From Carcharhinus longimanus (Eukaryota), in the NCBI GenBank assembly GCA_030264375.1, contig JASCQW010000001.1, positions 159,314,299 through 159,378,298 of the forward strand: a stretch of 64,000 nt of DNA, read 5' to 3'. The stretch's first letter is position 1. The number at the start of each line of letters is the position of its first letter. Shown one piece after another: positions 11,120-22,232 of the stretch. The translations under genes and the position numbers were made by a program. The notes under the pieces are model-generated. The model had not been told where the DNA came from and ran no database searches. It saw nothing but the letters and a program-made list of their open reading frames with translations.

Positions 11120-11665
11120 CGTGGGAAGTGGGCATTGCTGGCAAGGCAGGCATTTCATAGAATCATAAAACCATAGAATCCCTACAGTGCAGAAGGAGGC
11201 CATTTGGCCCATCGAGCCTGCACTGACAATGACCCACGCAGGCCCTATCCCTGTAACCCCATATATTTACTCTGCCAATCCCCCTGACACTAATGGACAA
11301 TTTATCACAACCAATCCACCTAACTGGCACATCTTTGTCTCAATAATTTTGGCAAAAGGATATTTATTCTCTAAAAACAAATTTGTTGCTTATTCTTAAT
11401 TGCCTTTGAACTGAACTTGATTGCCTTTGAACTTGCTAGGCTTCTTCAGAGGGCAGTTAAGAGTCAACCACATTGCTGGGTGGGTCTGGAGTCATGTGTA
11501 GACCAGACCAGGCATGGACAGCAGATTTCCTTCTCTAACGGACATCAGTGAACCAGATGGGTTTTTGTAACAATGTCCGATAGTCTGATGGTCACAGTTG
11601 TCGAGACTAGATTTATTAAAGGAATTTAAATTCCACCAGCTGCCATGGTGGGGTTTGAATCCACA
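11120..11665 (-). mobile_element. SINE family B (core AAACCCATCTGGTTCACT..GTCC..GAAGGAAATCTGC), interrupted by an HE1 3' fragment at about 11157-11335
   Basis: Shares its core with copies at 28510, 33497, 34810, 42800, 48755 and 56955. Family name uncertain. Confidence 0.75.
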
Positions 11666-13149
11666 CTGAGGCTTAGAGAATGGTCCAATTGAGGAGCACT
11701 GGAGGGTTGGAATATCAGTCAGACAACAGCCATGTATGTAGCATGTATATATTTATGTACCAGTATGTAGGTAGCGGCGGCGGTGAGGGGGGGCAGGGGG
11801 GGGGGTGACTTGTATAAAGCAACCTTGGAGGAATTGACTGCTGAAGGCTTCTTGAGCATTGTGGGTGGTCCTGCAGGGAGACAGGAGCAAGATATCACAT
11901 TCCAAATTGACTATGCCTCAAAGGCCCACTCAACTGTTGAAGCAGCATTCAAGTGCATTGCTTTAGATAAAAGGGATGTTAATGCAATTTGCCCATTACG
12001 GTAGGGTTTAATTGAGCCTGTGTGTGTGGCTTGTTCATTGTCACGTGCTGGCTTATTGTCAATCTGCAGTCACCTTGGCTACCTCGTGGATTCAGAACTC
12101 TACATCAAACAGCAAAGAGCCAAACTCAACACGGCGCTCCAGCTATAGAGGCCGAAAATCTACCACATCGCCCGCTCCAGAGGTTCCCAGAACGGAAACC
12201 TCCTTTGGCTTTGGGTCCTAAAATCCTGCCCAGAGTGTGTGGTACAATCAGCCAAACATAGACTAAAATTGATACCACATCACATCATGAACATTAAAGT
12301 ATGTGACTGAGTTAATTTCACATTCATCCGAGGCCAGTTCCTTTCTCCTTGGCACATTGACAGATGAAACTGAGATGTAAAGTAGCATTTTCAATGGAAC
12401 TGAAAATGGGGAAAGTTAGTGGCAGTCAACATCATGTGTCAAGGTTAAAATTCCCCTCAACGTAACAAGGCATCTCCTTCAAATGAAGTACGGAGAGAGG
12501 ACAGGGAACTATTGGACCAGTGTGCTGATATAACAACAGTCCGCATTTTAAACTTGCACAGTCGGATCTTATTGTTGCACCCTGCTATAAATTTGTGTGC
12601 TCACATTTATAATGGAAATTGCCTATGTAAACTTGTCACACTGTAGTTTAACCATTTTGCTCCCCCCACCGCCCGCAACCTCACAAGTATGGCTGCTCCG
12701 GTGCCTATATCGGACAGGGGAGGAGAATGCATGTTTTATATAGACAGCTTTTAATACATTAACATGAACTTGGCAAGTGGTAAGCACAAGAGGAATTGCA
12801 CGATAAGCATTCTAATAGATTGTAAATATTAATAAATGCTATTTTCATTAATTTGTATCAGTATTTTATAAAGATTAGAATTATAGTGGCATTTAGATAA
12901 TTGTTTTCATAGTGGGTTAGATTGGATAAGGGAGATGGGGGTAAGGGGATGGGTTTCGGTTCTTCCAACGTGGTGTCTGAGGTGATCAGTGCCAATGAAG
13001 CAAAAGATGGTTCCAAGCTAAACATTGTCACTTCTTTGACGTAGATTTGTGAGGAAGACTTTTCACCAGATATAAAAATATGAAAATATAATTGGAGGGC
13101 AATTGTATGAAGCACCCTCGGAAACCATCCACTTTTGTCCAGTGTTCAT

Positions 13150-13467
13150 AGGGCTACAGAATCCCTATAGCGCAGAAGAGGCCAGTCAGCCCATCTAATC
13201 GGCACCAACTTTCTTACCCAGGCCCTCTCCCCCGCCTTGTCCCCATAACCCCATGGTTAATCCGCCTGACCTACACATTCTGGGACAATTGATCATGGCC
13301 AATCCACCTAACTTGTAAACCTTTGGATTTTTGAGAGTAAATCAGAGCACCTGGAGGAAATCCATGCAGACGCAGGGAGAACGTGCAAACTCCACACAGT
13401 GACCCAAGTCGGAACTGAACCCAGGTCCCTGGCACGGTGAGGCAACAGTGCTAACCACTGTGCCACC
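13150..13467 (-). mobile_element. HE1-type V-SINE
   Basis: Head, V-domain and tail are all visible. Confidence 0.85.
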
Positions 13468-13754
13468 AGGGGTGTTGTTCACAACCAATAGAGGTTCATT
13501 TGTGTGACACCTGCTTCCCCTTCAGTTTACCGCAGATCTTTGCTAATTGGTTCTTGTTCTACACTACCAAGACTGGAATTGAACCCAGGTCCCTGGCATT
13601 GTGAGACAGAAGTGCTAAGCCACTGTACATTTACAGATGAAACTGCAATGCTGCCAGGGCTGTTGTCCACAACTAATAGAGGTTCCTTTCTGTGATATCT
13701 GCTTCCCCTTTTTGTTTATTGCAGATCTCTGCTATTGATTCTTGTTCTCCGCTA
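13404..13754. repeat. Diverged direct tandem duplication (about 165-190 bp x2) of a SINE head plus unique flank
   Basis: GGAA(C/T)TGAACCCAGGTCCCTGGCA...AATAGAGGTTC...CTGCTTCCCCTT...GCAGATCT...TTCTTGTTCT occurs twice. Confidence 0.8.
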
Positions 13755-13786
13755 TCTGATCAAATAGTGCTGTTTAATCCAGATAC

Positions 13787-13917
13787 CTGTGGCTGGGTGT
13801 GTGAGTAACTGTCGTAGAGTGATGGGTCGTCGATGTATAGTGACTGGTTGAGAACGAGGTTTCCGTTTCTCGCTCAATGACATGTTCAGTGGATCCTGGG
13901 TTTTTCATTATATATTG
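13787..13917 (-). CDS. NRG1: Cytoplasmic exon 2: QYIMKNPGSTEHVIERETETSFSTSHYTSTTHHSTTVTHTPSH(S)
   Basis: tgtttgtttgcag|CAATAT...AGCCACAG|gtatct; 131 bp, phase 0-2. Read manually; it is not in the ORF track. Confidence 0.95.
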
Positions 13918-14194
13918 CTGCAAACAAACAGTACGAGGTTAGAAGACAAGAAAACTCAAAACAGCAAAAGGTCATCGAGCAGGTCCATCAAACCCATGCT
14001 GTCCATTTGTGACTCACCACCATTACAGACACTATCCTCCAGCTAAGGTCTCCTTCCTCTTTTATTCCTAATCTCTACAAAATCTATTGAAACGGCACCA
14101 AACTGGGCTCTAATAGAAATTAAATAACAGCAGTCCATGGTTGGTGGAACGTTCAAGACAATATTAGTGCACGTCCGCGCTTTTTCGAAAATGG

Positions 14195-14375
14195 TGGTCA
14201 GAATTCTCTGGCCGATCAGGCCAGTGGGATTCTCCAGTCCCACCCATGGGTTTCCTGCTGGTGTGGGGTGATGCCAATTGACAGCGGCGGGACCAGAGAA
14301 TCCTGCCACTAGCGAGCAACATGCCACCTCCCGCCCCACGAGAAACACGCGGCTGGGAGGCCGGAGATCCGTGCC
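14195..14375. mobile_element. GC-rich MITE-like element
   Basis: GGTCAGAATTCTCTGGCC ... GGCCGGAGATCCGTGCC imperfect terminal inverted repeats, with an internal GGGATTCTC/GAGAATCCT inversion. Confidence 0.5.
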
Positions 14376-15427
14376 TTTCTTTACTCAATCGTGCCAACCA
14401 GTTTAACATCCTTCCTGACATGTTCACTGACTATTAACACACTGCAGGCGTTAAAAAAAAATCAGACACACAGAAACCACCAGTCTAAAAAATTAAGAAA
14501 TGTTATTTTTTTTCTTTGCTACATCCTATTTCTCTGTTCAAACCCCCAGGCTGGCTTTTGAATGAATACCAAGACTGGAGGGATGCAATTATTGATTGTA
14601 CGTTTCAGTAGGGAAAGGCTCAAAATAAAACCCTTCCAGTGTGAATTATATAATGTTCAGTATTAATACAGGGATAATGACTTGGCTTTTGTGCTGTTTG
14701 ATATGCTAGGGAATGTTTTCAGTGCCACAAGGCCTGATTTTATAGGCTTATTGTTGCTTGTGTCTATCAAGTAACTTGTGCCATTTGGATTGTCCTAATC
14801 TTGGCCATTTTATCACCACTGTTACTTTGTGGTCAACAATTTATTGCCAACCATTTATTAATTCTCGGCCAGAAGATGCTGACCAGAGACTCATTCATGA
14901 TACAGAAGGAAGGAGGCCATTTGGCCCACTGTCCACAATTTAGCAGCCATGCTAGCTGCCGGCACAAATCATATTATGGTCGCTGAATCTAGCAAGAGAC
15001 AAAAAGTGGGACCTGCACTGGTGAGATTTCGGAACATGATCTTCTCTGCACCCTCCAACGTAAATGAAAATCAGTTGTTATGAGCGTGTTGGGCACAGGC
15101 AAGTATAGCCCCCAGATGGTGAGGGACAAGCCCAATGCAGTATCCTGGCACAGTCCCCTAGCACCAAAGGACAGTGCCAAACTGGCCATGCCAACCTGGC
15201 AATGCCACTCGAGGAAAGTGCCAATCTGTTGCCATTTCCTTTCCCATTGTTCTCTCTGTTTCTCCCTCTACTCTTTTGTTTCATTAGTTGAGGAGATTGA
15301 CCACTTGGCCCTGCATGCATGAGATTCCTGTTCTCAGATCACATTTCCAGTGATGCAACCGGAGGAATGAGTTACGAAGTTCAATCCGAGACATTTGCCA
15401 GGATATGCCCCATTTGAGCAAGGTCTG

Positions 15428-15690
15428 CACCATTAACACAACAGTATTAATCCCATACCGTGTCTACTGACACAATACTGCTAACTCTATATTACGCCCA
15501 CTGACACACTCGCATAATGCTGTTAATCCAATATTGTATTACACTATTCATTTGCTAATTCTGTATTCCATCCACTGACACACTAACGCAGCTATTAATT
15601 TGATATATTATTCTGTCACATTAACACAATGTTATTAATCCTATATTGTATCTAATGACACATTGCTGTTAACTGGATATAGCACTGGCA
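15428..15690. repeat. Degenerate minisatellite of about 34-40 bp (ACTGACACAATGCTGTTAATCCTATATTGT-like)
   Basis: About 7 recurring 'ACAC..T(G/A)TTAA..TAT' units. Confidence 0.6.
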
Positions 15691-15734
15691 GCAGTGGGGG
15701 GAGTGGGAGGGGTATGGTGGTAAAGGAGTGGGGG

Positions 15735-16115
15735 AGGTATAGGTTGGGCAGGCTGGGACTATATCCCTTAGAGCGCAGAAGAATGAGATGTGATCTTAAA
15801 GAAACATATAAGATCCTGAGGAGGCTTGTCAGGGTGGATACTGAAAGGATGTTTTCCCCGTGTGGGAGAGAATTAGGGGACGTAGTTGAAAAATAAGGGG
15901 TCCCCACATAAGCTGGAGCTCAGGAGAAATTCTTTCCCTCAGACAGTCGTAATCTCTGGAACTCTTCCTCAGAGAATAGTGGAGGCAGCGTCCCTGAATA
16001 ATGTTATGGCAGAAATGGCTAAATTCGCGACTCACGTGGGAGTCAAAAGTTATTGGAGGTGGGTGGGAATGTAGAGCTGAGGTCACACTCAGATTGGACA
16101 TGACTGTATTAAATG
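15735..16115 (+). mobile_element. CR1 LINE 3' fragment
   Basis: RLGRLGLYPLERRRMRCDLKETYKILRRL motif. Confidence 0.85.
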
Positions 16116-16597
16116 GTAAAGTTTATTTATTAGTCCCAAGTAGACTTGCATTAACACTGCAAAAATGGTAGAGCGGGCTTGGATACATCTCACTCGGTAG
16201 TTTGTGGGTGCAATGGTCATCAAATTAAAGCATCAAAGTAACTTCCAATGATTGTGAAAGTTTCAATTCTAAATCTCCTCCACAATTTCACAGCCTGAAC
16301 AGCAACACTACTCCAGAGTCAGGTTTATCGGAAGCAGCGCTGTAACACACAGGAGGCGTCACTCAGACAAATCCCAGTGGCACCGGCTGCATGTTGGGGG
16401 ACCCATAAGGAGGAATCGGGGTGGGGGGGGGAAAGGTGGGATCAGGATACTGATTCTGATGAGCTATGATCAAAATGAATGGCGGAACAGGCTCGAAGGA
16501 CCAAGTGGCCTACTCCTGTTTCTACGTTTCTGCACTGCAACTCATCGTCACGCTCATACAACGCAGGTAAGGGGACCTCAATACCAACTCGACTTAC

Positions 16598-16724
16598 ATT
16601 TGCCAACTGAACATTGTCTGCCGGAGGATTTGTATGGTGGGGCCCGTTCACAAGGTTTACCATGTTGTTTCGTTCAGATCGGAGACTCTGTCTTAGCCGG
16701 TCATGCAGCTTTTTCCGCTGTTTT
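16598..16724 (-). CDS. NRG1: Cytoplasmic exon 1: KQRKKLHDRLRQSLRSERNNMVNLVNGPHHTNPPADNVQLAN
   Basis: caatccag|AAAACAG...GCAAAT|gtaagt; 127 bp, phase 2-0. Nearly identical to the NRG1 juxtamembrane cytoplasmic sequence. Confidence 0.96.
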
Positions 16725-17174
16725 CTGGATTGGGTGACAGAAGGAATACAATCAGAAATCAAGATCAAATAATGGTCTTGGAATTTCTTTACATTAGATG
16801 GATTCGAACTCCAGCTATGAAGATGTGACAGCTCGTTTCTGTGGTGCTAGTGGAGCATCCAACCTTAATTCCCAGCCCTTCAAACATGGCTCTTATTAAA
16901 TCTTTCCTCAACTTCCTGTTCAAACCAAGTGTTTCTCAAAATATATACAGGTAAGAACCAATTGAATGGAGAGTTGTACGCTGCCTAAAAACATACTGCT
17001 CGTGTTACATGGCATGGATTGTGGAATACATTTGTAACAGAAACTCTCCAAAAAAACAATTTCAATCCAAATCTTCTATCCTGAGATAGAAGCACGAGGA
17101 ATTGAATCAAATCTACAACACAGACTCAGGCCCAGGTGGTCTAGACTGGTTTTTGTGTTACACGCAAGATGATT

Positions 17175-17480
17175 GGGCACAGTGGCACAGCGGTTAGCAT
17201 TGCTGCTTCACCACGCCAGGGACCTGGGTTCGAATCCCAGCTTGGGTCACTGTGGAATTTGCACATTCTCTGTGTGGCTTTCCTCCGGGTGCTCCAGTTT
17301 CCTCCCACAGTCCAAAGATGTACGAGTTAGGTGGATTGGCCATGCTACATTGTCCCTGAATGTCAGGGGGATTAGCTAGGATAAATGCATAGAGTTATGG
17401 GAATGGGGCCTGGATGGGATTGTGGCTGGTGCATACTCAATGGGCCGAATGGCCTCCTTCTGCACTGTAGGATTCTATGT
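17175..17480 (+). mobile_element. HE1-type V-SINE
   Basis: GGCACAGTGGCACAGCGGTTAGC...GGTTCGAATCCC head; tail TGCACTGTAGGATTCTATG. Confidence 0.88.
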
Positions 17481-17877
17481 AACTCTGTGTAAGATAGCTC
17501 CTACCGTACTCACCCCATCAACACATCTTTCTCAGCCGCCTCCCTCTTGTACTTATCCCACTGTACCTTAAATAGTTAGATTTTTCACCGACAAGGGAGT
17601 CAAGTGTTATGGGGGGGTGGGGGGATGGAGGTGGGGGCCTGCAGATGGGAAAGTGGGAGAAGGCCACAATCAAATCAGCCATGACCTTGACAAATAGTGG
17701 AGCAAGCTTGTTGGGATCAATGCCATACTCCTGTTCCTACTTCTTGAGTACTTAAGGGCATCTGCGTTTTTTTCAACTACTCCACATGGTAGTAAATTCC
17801 AACTGCACTCTGGGTCAAGAGGTTACTCCTGAAATATTTATTGGATCTCGTTGTGAAGTTCTCACATTTCTCACTGA

Positions 17878-18225
17878 GGGTGGCACAGTGGTTAGCACTG
17901 CTGTCTCACAGCTCCAGGGATCTGGGTTCGATTCTGACCTCAGGTAACTGCCTGTGTGACGTTTGCATGTTCTCCCCATGTCTGCGTGGGTTTCCTCCGG
18001 GTACTCCGGTTTCTCCCACAGTCCAAAAATGTGCAAGTTAGGTGGATTGGCCATGATCAAATTCTCCTTAATGTCCCAAGATGTGTAGGTTAGATGGATT
18101 AGCCGTAGGAAATGTGTGGGGTTGCGGGAATAGGGTGGGGTAGAGGGCCTGGTAAGACACTCCGATAGAGAGTTGGTGCAGACTCGATGGGCTGAATGGC
18201 CTCTGCTGCACTGGAATTCTATGAT
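17878..18225 (+). mobile_element. HE1-type V-SINE
   Basis: Full head, V-domain and tail. Confidence 0.88.
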
Positions 18226-18694
18226 GATTTGCATCCTCTAGTTTTGGACTTCCCCACAAGTGGACACATCTTCTATTTACTTAAAACCTGTCCCTTTTTC
18301 CCCTTCAGTAAATGCTGCACCTTGACTTCAAATACAAATATTCAACATCAAGAGCTTTGCAGATAGTTGCTACACTGAAAACCATACATGATGAAAGTTG
18401 AAAGTCTGATTGTGATTTTGGGACAGGTATCAGCTGGCTCTTAGTCCCTCCAAACACTGGACAGCCAGTGGCATTGTGTCCCACGAATGAACAAAATTAA
18501 AGTTGAATGCAAGGGTGGCATCGAAGTATGGAGCCTGGATTATTGAAGCAGTACAGTGATGGTGGGGGAGGGTGAATCAAAGGATGTCCATCAGCGATCT
18601 GATGTGAAACCCCAGCCTCTGCATTTTTAATGCAAAAGTATTATGCAATACGACGTAAAAATCTGCCATTGCCATCAGCGGATCAAATCCCACT

Positions 18695-19290
18695 GAGGGT
18701 ATGGAGAAGATTCACGAGAATGAACCCGGGAGTAAAAAGCTTGACACATGAGGAGCGTTTGAGGACTCTGGCTCTGTACTCGATGCAGTTTAGAAGGATG
18801 AGGGGGGGGATTTCATTGAAGCTCACAGGAAACTGAAAGGCCTGAGTAGAACGGATGTGGGGAAGATATTTCCATTAGTAGGAGAGACTAGGATCCAAAG
18901 ACACAGCCTCAGTATAAAAGGACGACCCTTTAGAACTGAGATGGGGAGGAATTCCTTCAGCCAAGGGGTAGTGAATCTGTGGAATTCATTGCCACAGAAG
19001 GCTGTGAAGGCCAGTCATTGAGTGTATTTAAGACAGAGATAGATAAGTTCTTGACTAGTGAGGGGTTACAGGCAAAGCTGGGAAAATTCTTGATTGGTGA
19101 GGGGTTACAGGCAAAGCTGGGAAAGTTCTTGATTGGTGAGGGGTTACAGGCAAAGCTGGGAAAGTTCTTGATTGGTGAGGGGTTACAGGCAAAGCTGGGA
19201 GAGTGGGGGGCTGATAAACCTATCAGCCACGATTGAATGGTGGAGCAGACTGGAAGGGCTGAATGGCCTAATTCTGCTCCTATACCTTAT
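18695..19290 (+). mobile_element. CR1 LINE 3' fragment with an internal tandem expansion
   Basis: RRFTRMNPGVKSLTHEERLRTLALYSMQFRRMRG motif; tail GGGCTGAATGGCCTAATTCTGCTCCTAT. Confidence 0.88.
19045..19200. repeat. 39-bp tandem repeat x4
   Basis: Unit AAGTTCTTGATTGGTGAGGGGTTACAGGCAAAGCTGGGA starts at 19045, 19084, 19123 and 19162. Confidence 0.95.
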
Positions 19291-19595
19291 GGCTTTCCTT
19301 TACCCACCCCAAGATTGGGCACTACCAATTACTGTGACAATTCTGCCCTTCGACCTTAATAAGAGACTCTATCCAAATGACAGCAAAATACAGATTTAAC
19401 AACTTAAAGGCACAGTTAATTCGCTGAGTGCTCTATGTTGCTTAAATATCATTGGGTGGAAAGGCTGACTTTTAAAGCAATCCAATTCCCGAGCAACAAA
19501 AAGAATTCCCGCTGAGAGGGAGGAAGGAACGGAACAGATGTATGAGTGTCAATCAGGTTCTATCTTGGATTTGAAATAATGAAACTTTGGATTAC

Positions 19596-19698
19596 TTTGT
19601 CTTGCAGTACGCCACCACACACATGATGCCAACCACCAGGAGGGCAATACAGATCCCTGTTATCGTCAGCACTCGCTTCTGGTACAGCTCCTCAGCTT
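19596..19698 (-). CDS. NRG1: Transmembrane exon: AEELYQKRVLTITGICIALLVVGIMCVVAYCKT(K)
   Basis: ttctctcttcag|AAGCTGAG...AAGACAAA|gtaatc; 103 bp. CIALLVVGIMC is the NRG1 form; NRG2 has CVALLVVGIVC (recalled). Confidence 0.97.
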
Positions 19699-22204
19699 CT
19701 GAAGAGAGAAGCAGAGAACAGCAGGTTACAGCCTGAGGTATGCTGTGTGGCCAACATGCCATGAAAGTGCAATCGCTTCGCGCTGTCAACGAGGAGAAAT
19801 TGCTTGTACAGTTTCCATTTTCCACCTGCTTTGTACCCTCAAAGGCAATTAAAACACACAAAATGGAAGCTCACGGCAATTTTTTTTTTCAAAAAAAGGC
19901 AATTCGCAGCTTAGGCAGAGCTTTCCGCTTCATTTAAATTCTTCTGGACTCACGCTGTGCCTGAGTAGGAGCATTGGAACAGACACAGCTTCATGCTTAA
20001 AACTGGTCTTGTAATTATCATTGTGGCGTTGGCACTCACGGCAGTAAGCGCTGATGACCAAAAAGGAACATGTGAAGACACACGTGTAAGCTCTGGCAAG
20101 TACCAGGCAAACCAGCTGACATCTGTCGTGAGATTTGTCCATCTTTTACATGTGAACACGGCTCTGTATGTTTAAAATGCATGCCAGTGTTCTCAATCTT
20201 AAATGTCACTCCGAGCATTTCCTTGGAGCAGTTACGTGTGCCATTTCCAATCAGAAACACATCCATCTTTCCAGTCTTTTGCTGATGCGCAGGAATAAAC
20301 ATCTGATCAATTGCAAAAGCCATGTTTAAGCCCGACGTTGCCTTTTTTGAACTCCTGCAGTCCAACTTAAACAAAAAAAACATTCTTGACAATTGTACGT
20401 AACACTGGAGTTAAAGTGTTATTGGGTTTTCACTCACTGATGTTTCCTGCAACATCAATAATTTGCCAGATATTTTTACAGTCAATCCATTGATTCATTT
20501 GCTGTGTATGTTCGAAACAATTTGTTCTGCTATAATTTTTGAACATTTTATTCACATTTCCTCAGCTCCTCCTTGGAGCCAGCTTCACGAGCCCCAGATC
20601 AGCCGAGAGGGAGGGGCAGCAGTTGTTTACGGAAGTTTTCCTTTTAGATCCTCTTCAGTGGGAATATTTCCCACTCACTCCCCTACCCACCCCGCCACCC
20701 TGAATCCACATCTCTGGCAGAGAAACATCACTGAGTAACACACCTTTTGAGGTAAATGTCAGAATGGAGATCAGCTGACAGGACCAAGAATGCTTTTATT
20801 ACATTTAAAATAGAATTTATTTCTTTTTGAAGCAAATGTTTGTCATTAAAATGATTTATTATGGGAAAATCAGTGCAAAAATCTGAAGATTCTCCCAAGC
20901 CACATGGGTATCATCTTAAAAAATTGGACGAACATGTATCGTTCAGTTTATTCATTAGTGTCACAAGTAGTCTTAACATTAACACTGCAGTGAAGTNNNN
21001 NNNNNNNNNNNNNNNNNNNNNNNNNNNNNNNNNNNNNNNNNNNNNNNNNNNNNNNNNNNNNNNNNNNNNNNNNNNNNNNNNNNNNNNNNNNNNNNNNNNN
21101 NNNNNNNNNNNNNNNNNNNNNNNNNNNNNNNNNNNNNNNNNNNNNNNNNNNNNNNNNNNNNNNNNNNNNNNNNNNNNNNNNNNNNNNNNNNNNNNNNNNN
21201 NNNNNNNNNNNNNNNNNNNNNNNNNNNNNNNNNNNNNNNNNNNNNNNNNNNNNNNNNNNNNNNNNNNNNNNNNNNNNNNNNNNNNNNNNNNNNNNNNNNN
21301 NNNNNNNNNNNNNNNNNNNNNNNNNNNNNNNNNNNNNNNNNNNNNNNNNNNNNNNNNNNNNNNNNNNNNNNNNNNNNNNNNNNNNNNNNNNNNNNNNNNN
21401 NNNNNNNNNNNNNNNNNNNNNNNNNNNNNNNNNNNNNNNNNNNNNNNNNNNNNNNNNNNNNNNNNNNNNNNNNNNNNNNNNNNNNNNNNNNNNNNNNNNN
21501 NNNNNNNNNNNNNNNNNNNNNNNNNNNNNNNNNNNNNNNNNNNNNNNNNNNNNNNNNNNNNNNCAACATTGAGGGCCGAAGAGCCTGTACTGCGCTGTAA
21601 TGTTCTACGTTCTAAGTAAGATGCGTGATATTCAGACAAAGAAAAGCATCAGTCACAGCTAGGGGTAGGCTGGGGAACGAAACAGCGATGATTGGCAGGC
21701 ATTGTGGACCTTTAGGCACTGGTGTCTGTTGCAAAGCTGGCTTTCTGAATCTCAGCAAAGAGTTCATCCAGTTGCTTGCGTGGACCTTTCTGGGCTGAGG
21801 CATGTTTGTTCTGCACTTATTATTTCTTTCTGACAGTTGGGTCAATTTGAAATCGAAAAGGGGTGGATGACTAGACTGGGAGGCAAATCACAAAAACAAG
21901 CCATCTATAACCTACAGCATAAATGTGGAGGGCCTTTTTACGGGGTACAGGAACTTTTATAAATACTTCAAATTCTTCCTGATTTTCACTTGTACAAAGG
22001 AGAATCATTCTCTCAGCAACTGGCTGTGTTTTCTTTTGTTGATATTATCAGCGTGGTTCCTGTACAACTGGCCGATAGCCATCCTGCTATTTACAATAAC
22101 AACACGAGACATCACGAGAGATAGGTCAACACCAAGTCTATACAAGACCAAACATCAATTCAACTGGAATTGTTCTGGAAAATTAATTCGCCAAAGCAGC
22201 GAGT

Positions 22205-22232
22205 GATATATATATATATATATATAGATATA
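22205..22232. repeat. (TA)n microsatellite
   Basis: Read directly from the sequence. Confidence 0.9.

Noticed and set aside
17175-17245. tRNA-like sequences here and at other SINE heads (e.g. 28085-28158)
   Set aside because: They run directly into SINE bodies and lack a complete cloverleaf; they are not tRNA genes.
19045-19200. CRISPR-like regular repeat or repetitive peptide GEGLQAKLGKFLI
   Set aside because: Head-to-tail units with no spacers, inside a eukaryotic LINE remnant.
20861-21639. Long ORFs here and at 25376-25791, 30515-31004 and 39845-40746
   Set aside because: They are open only because of N runs.
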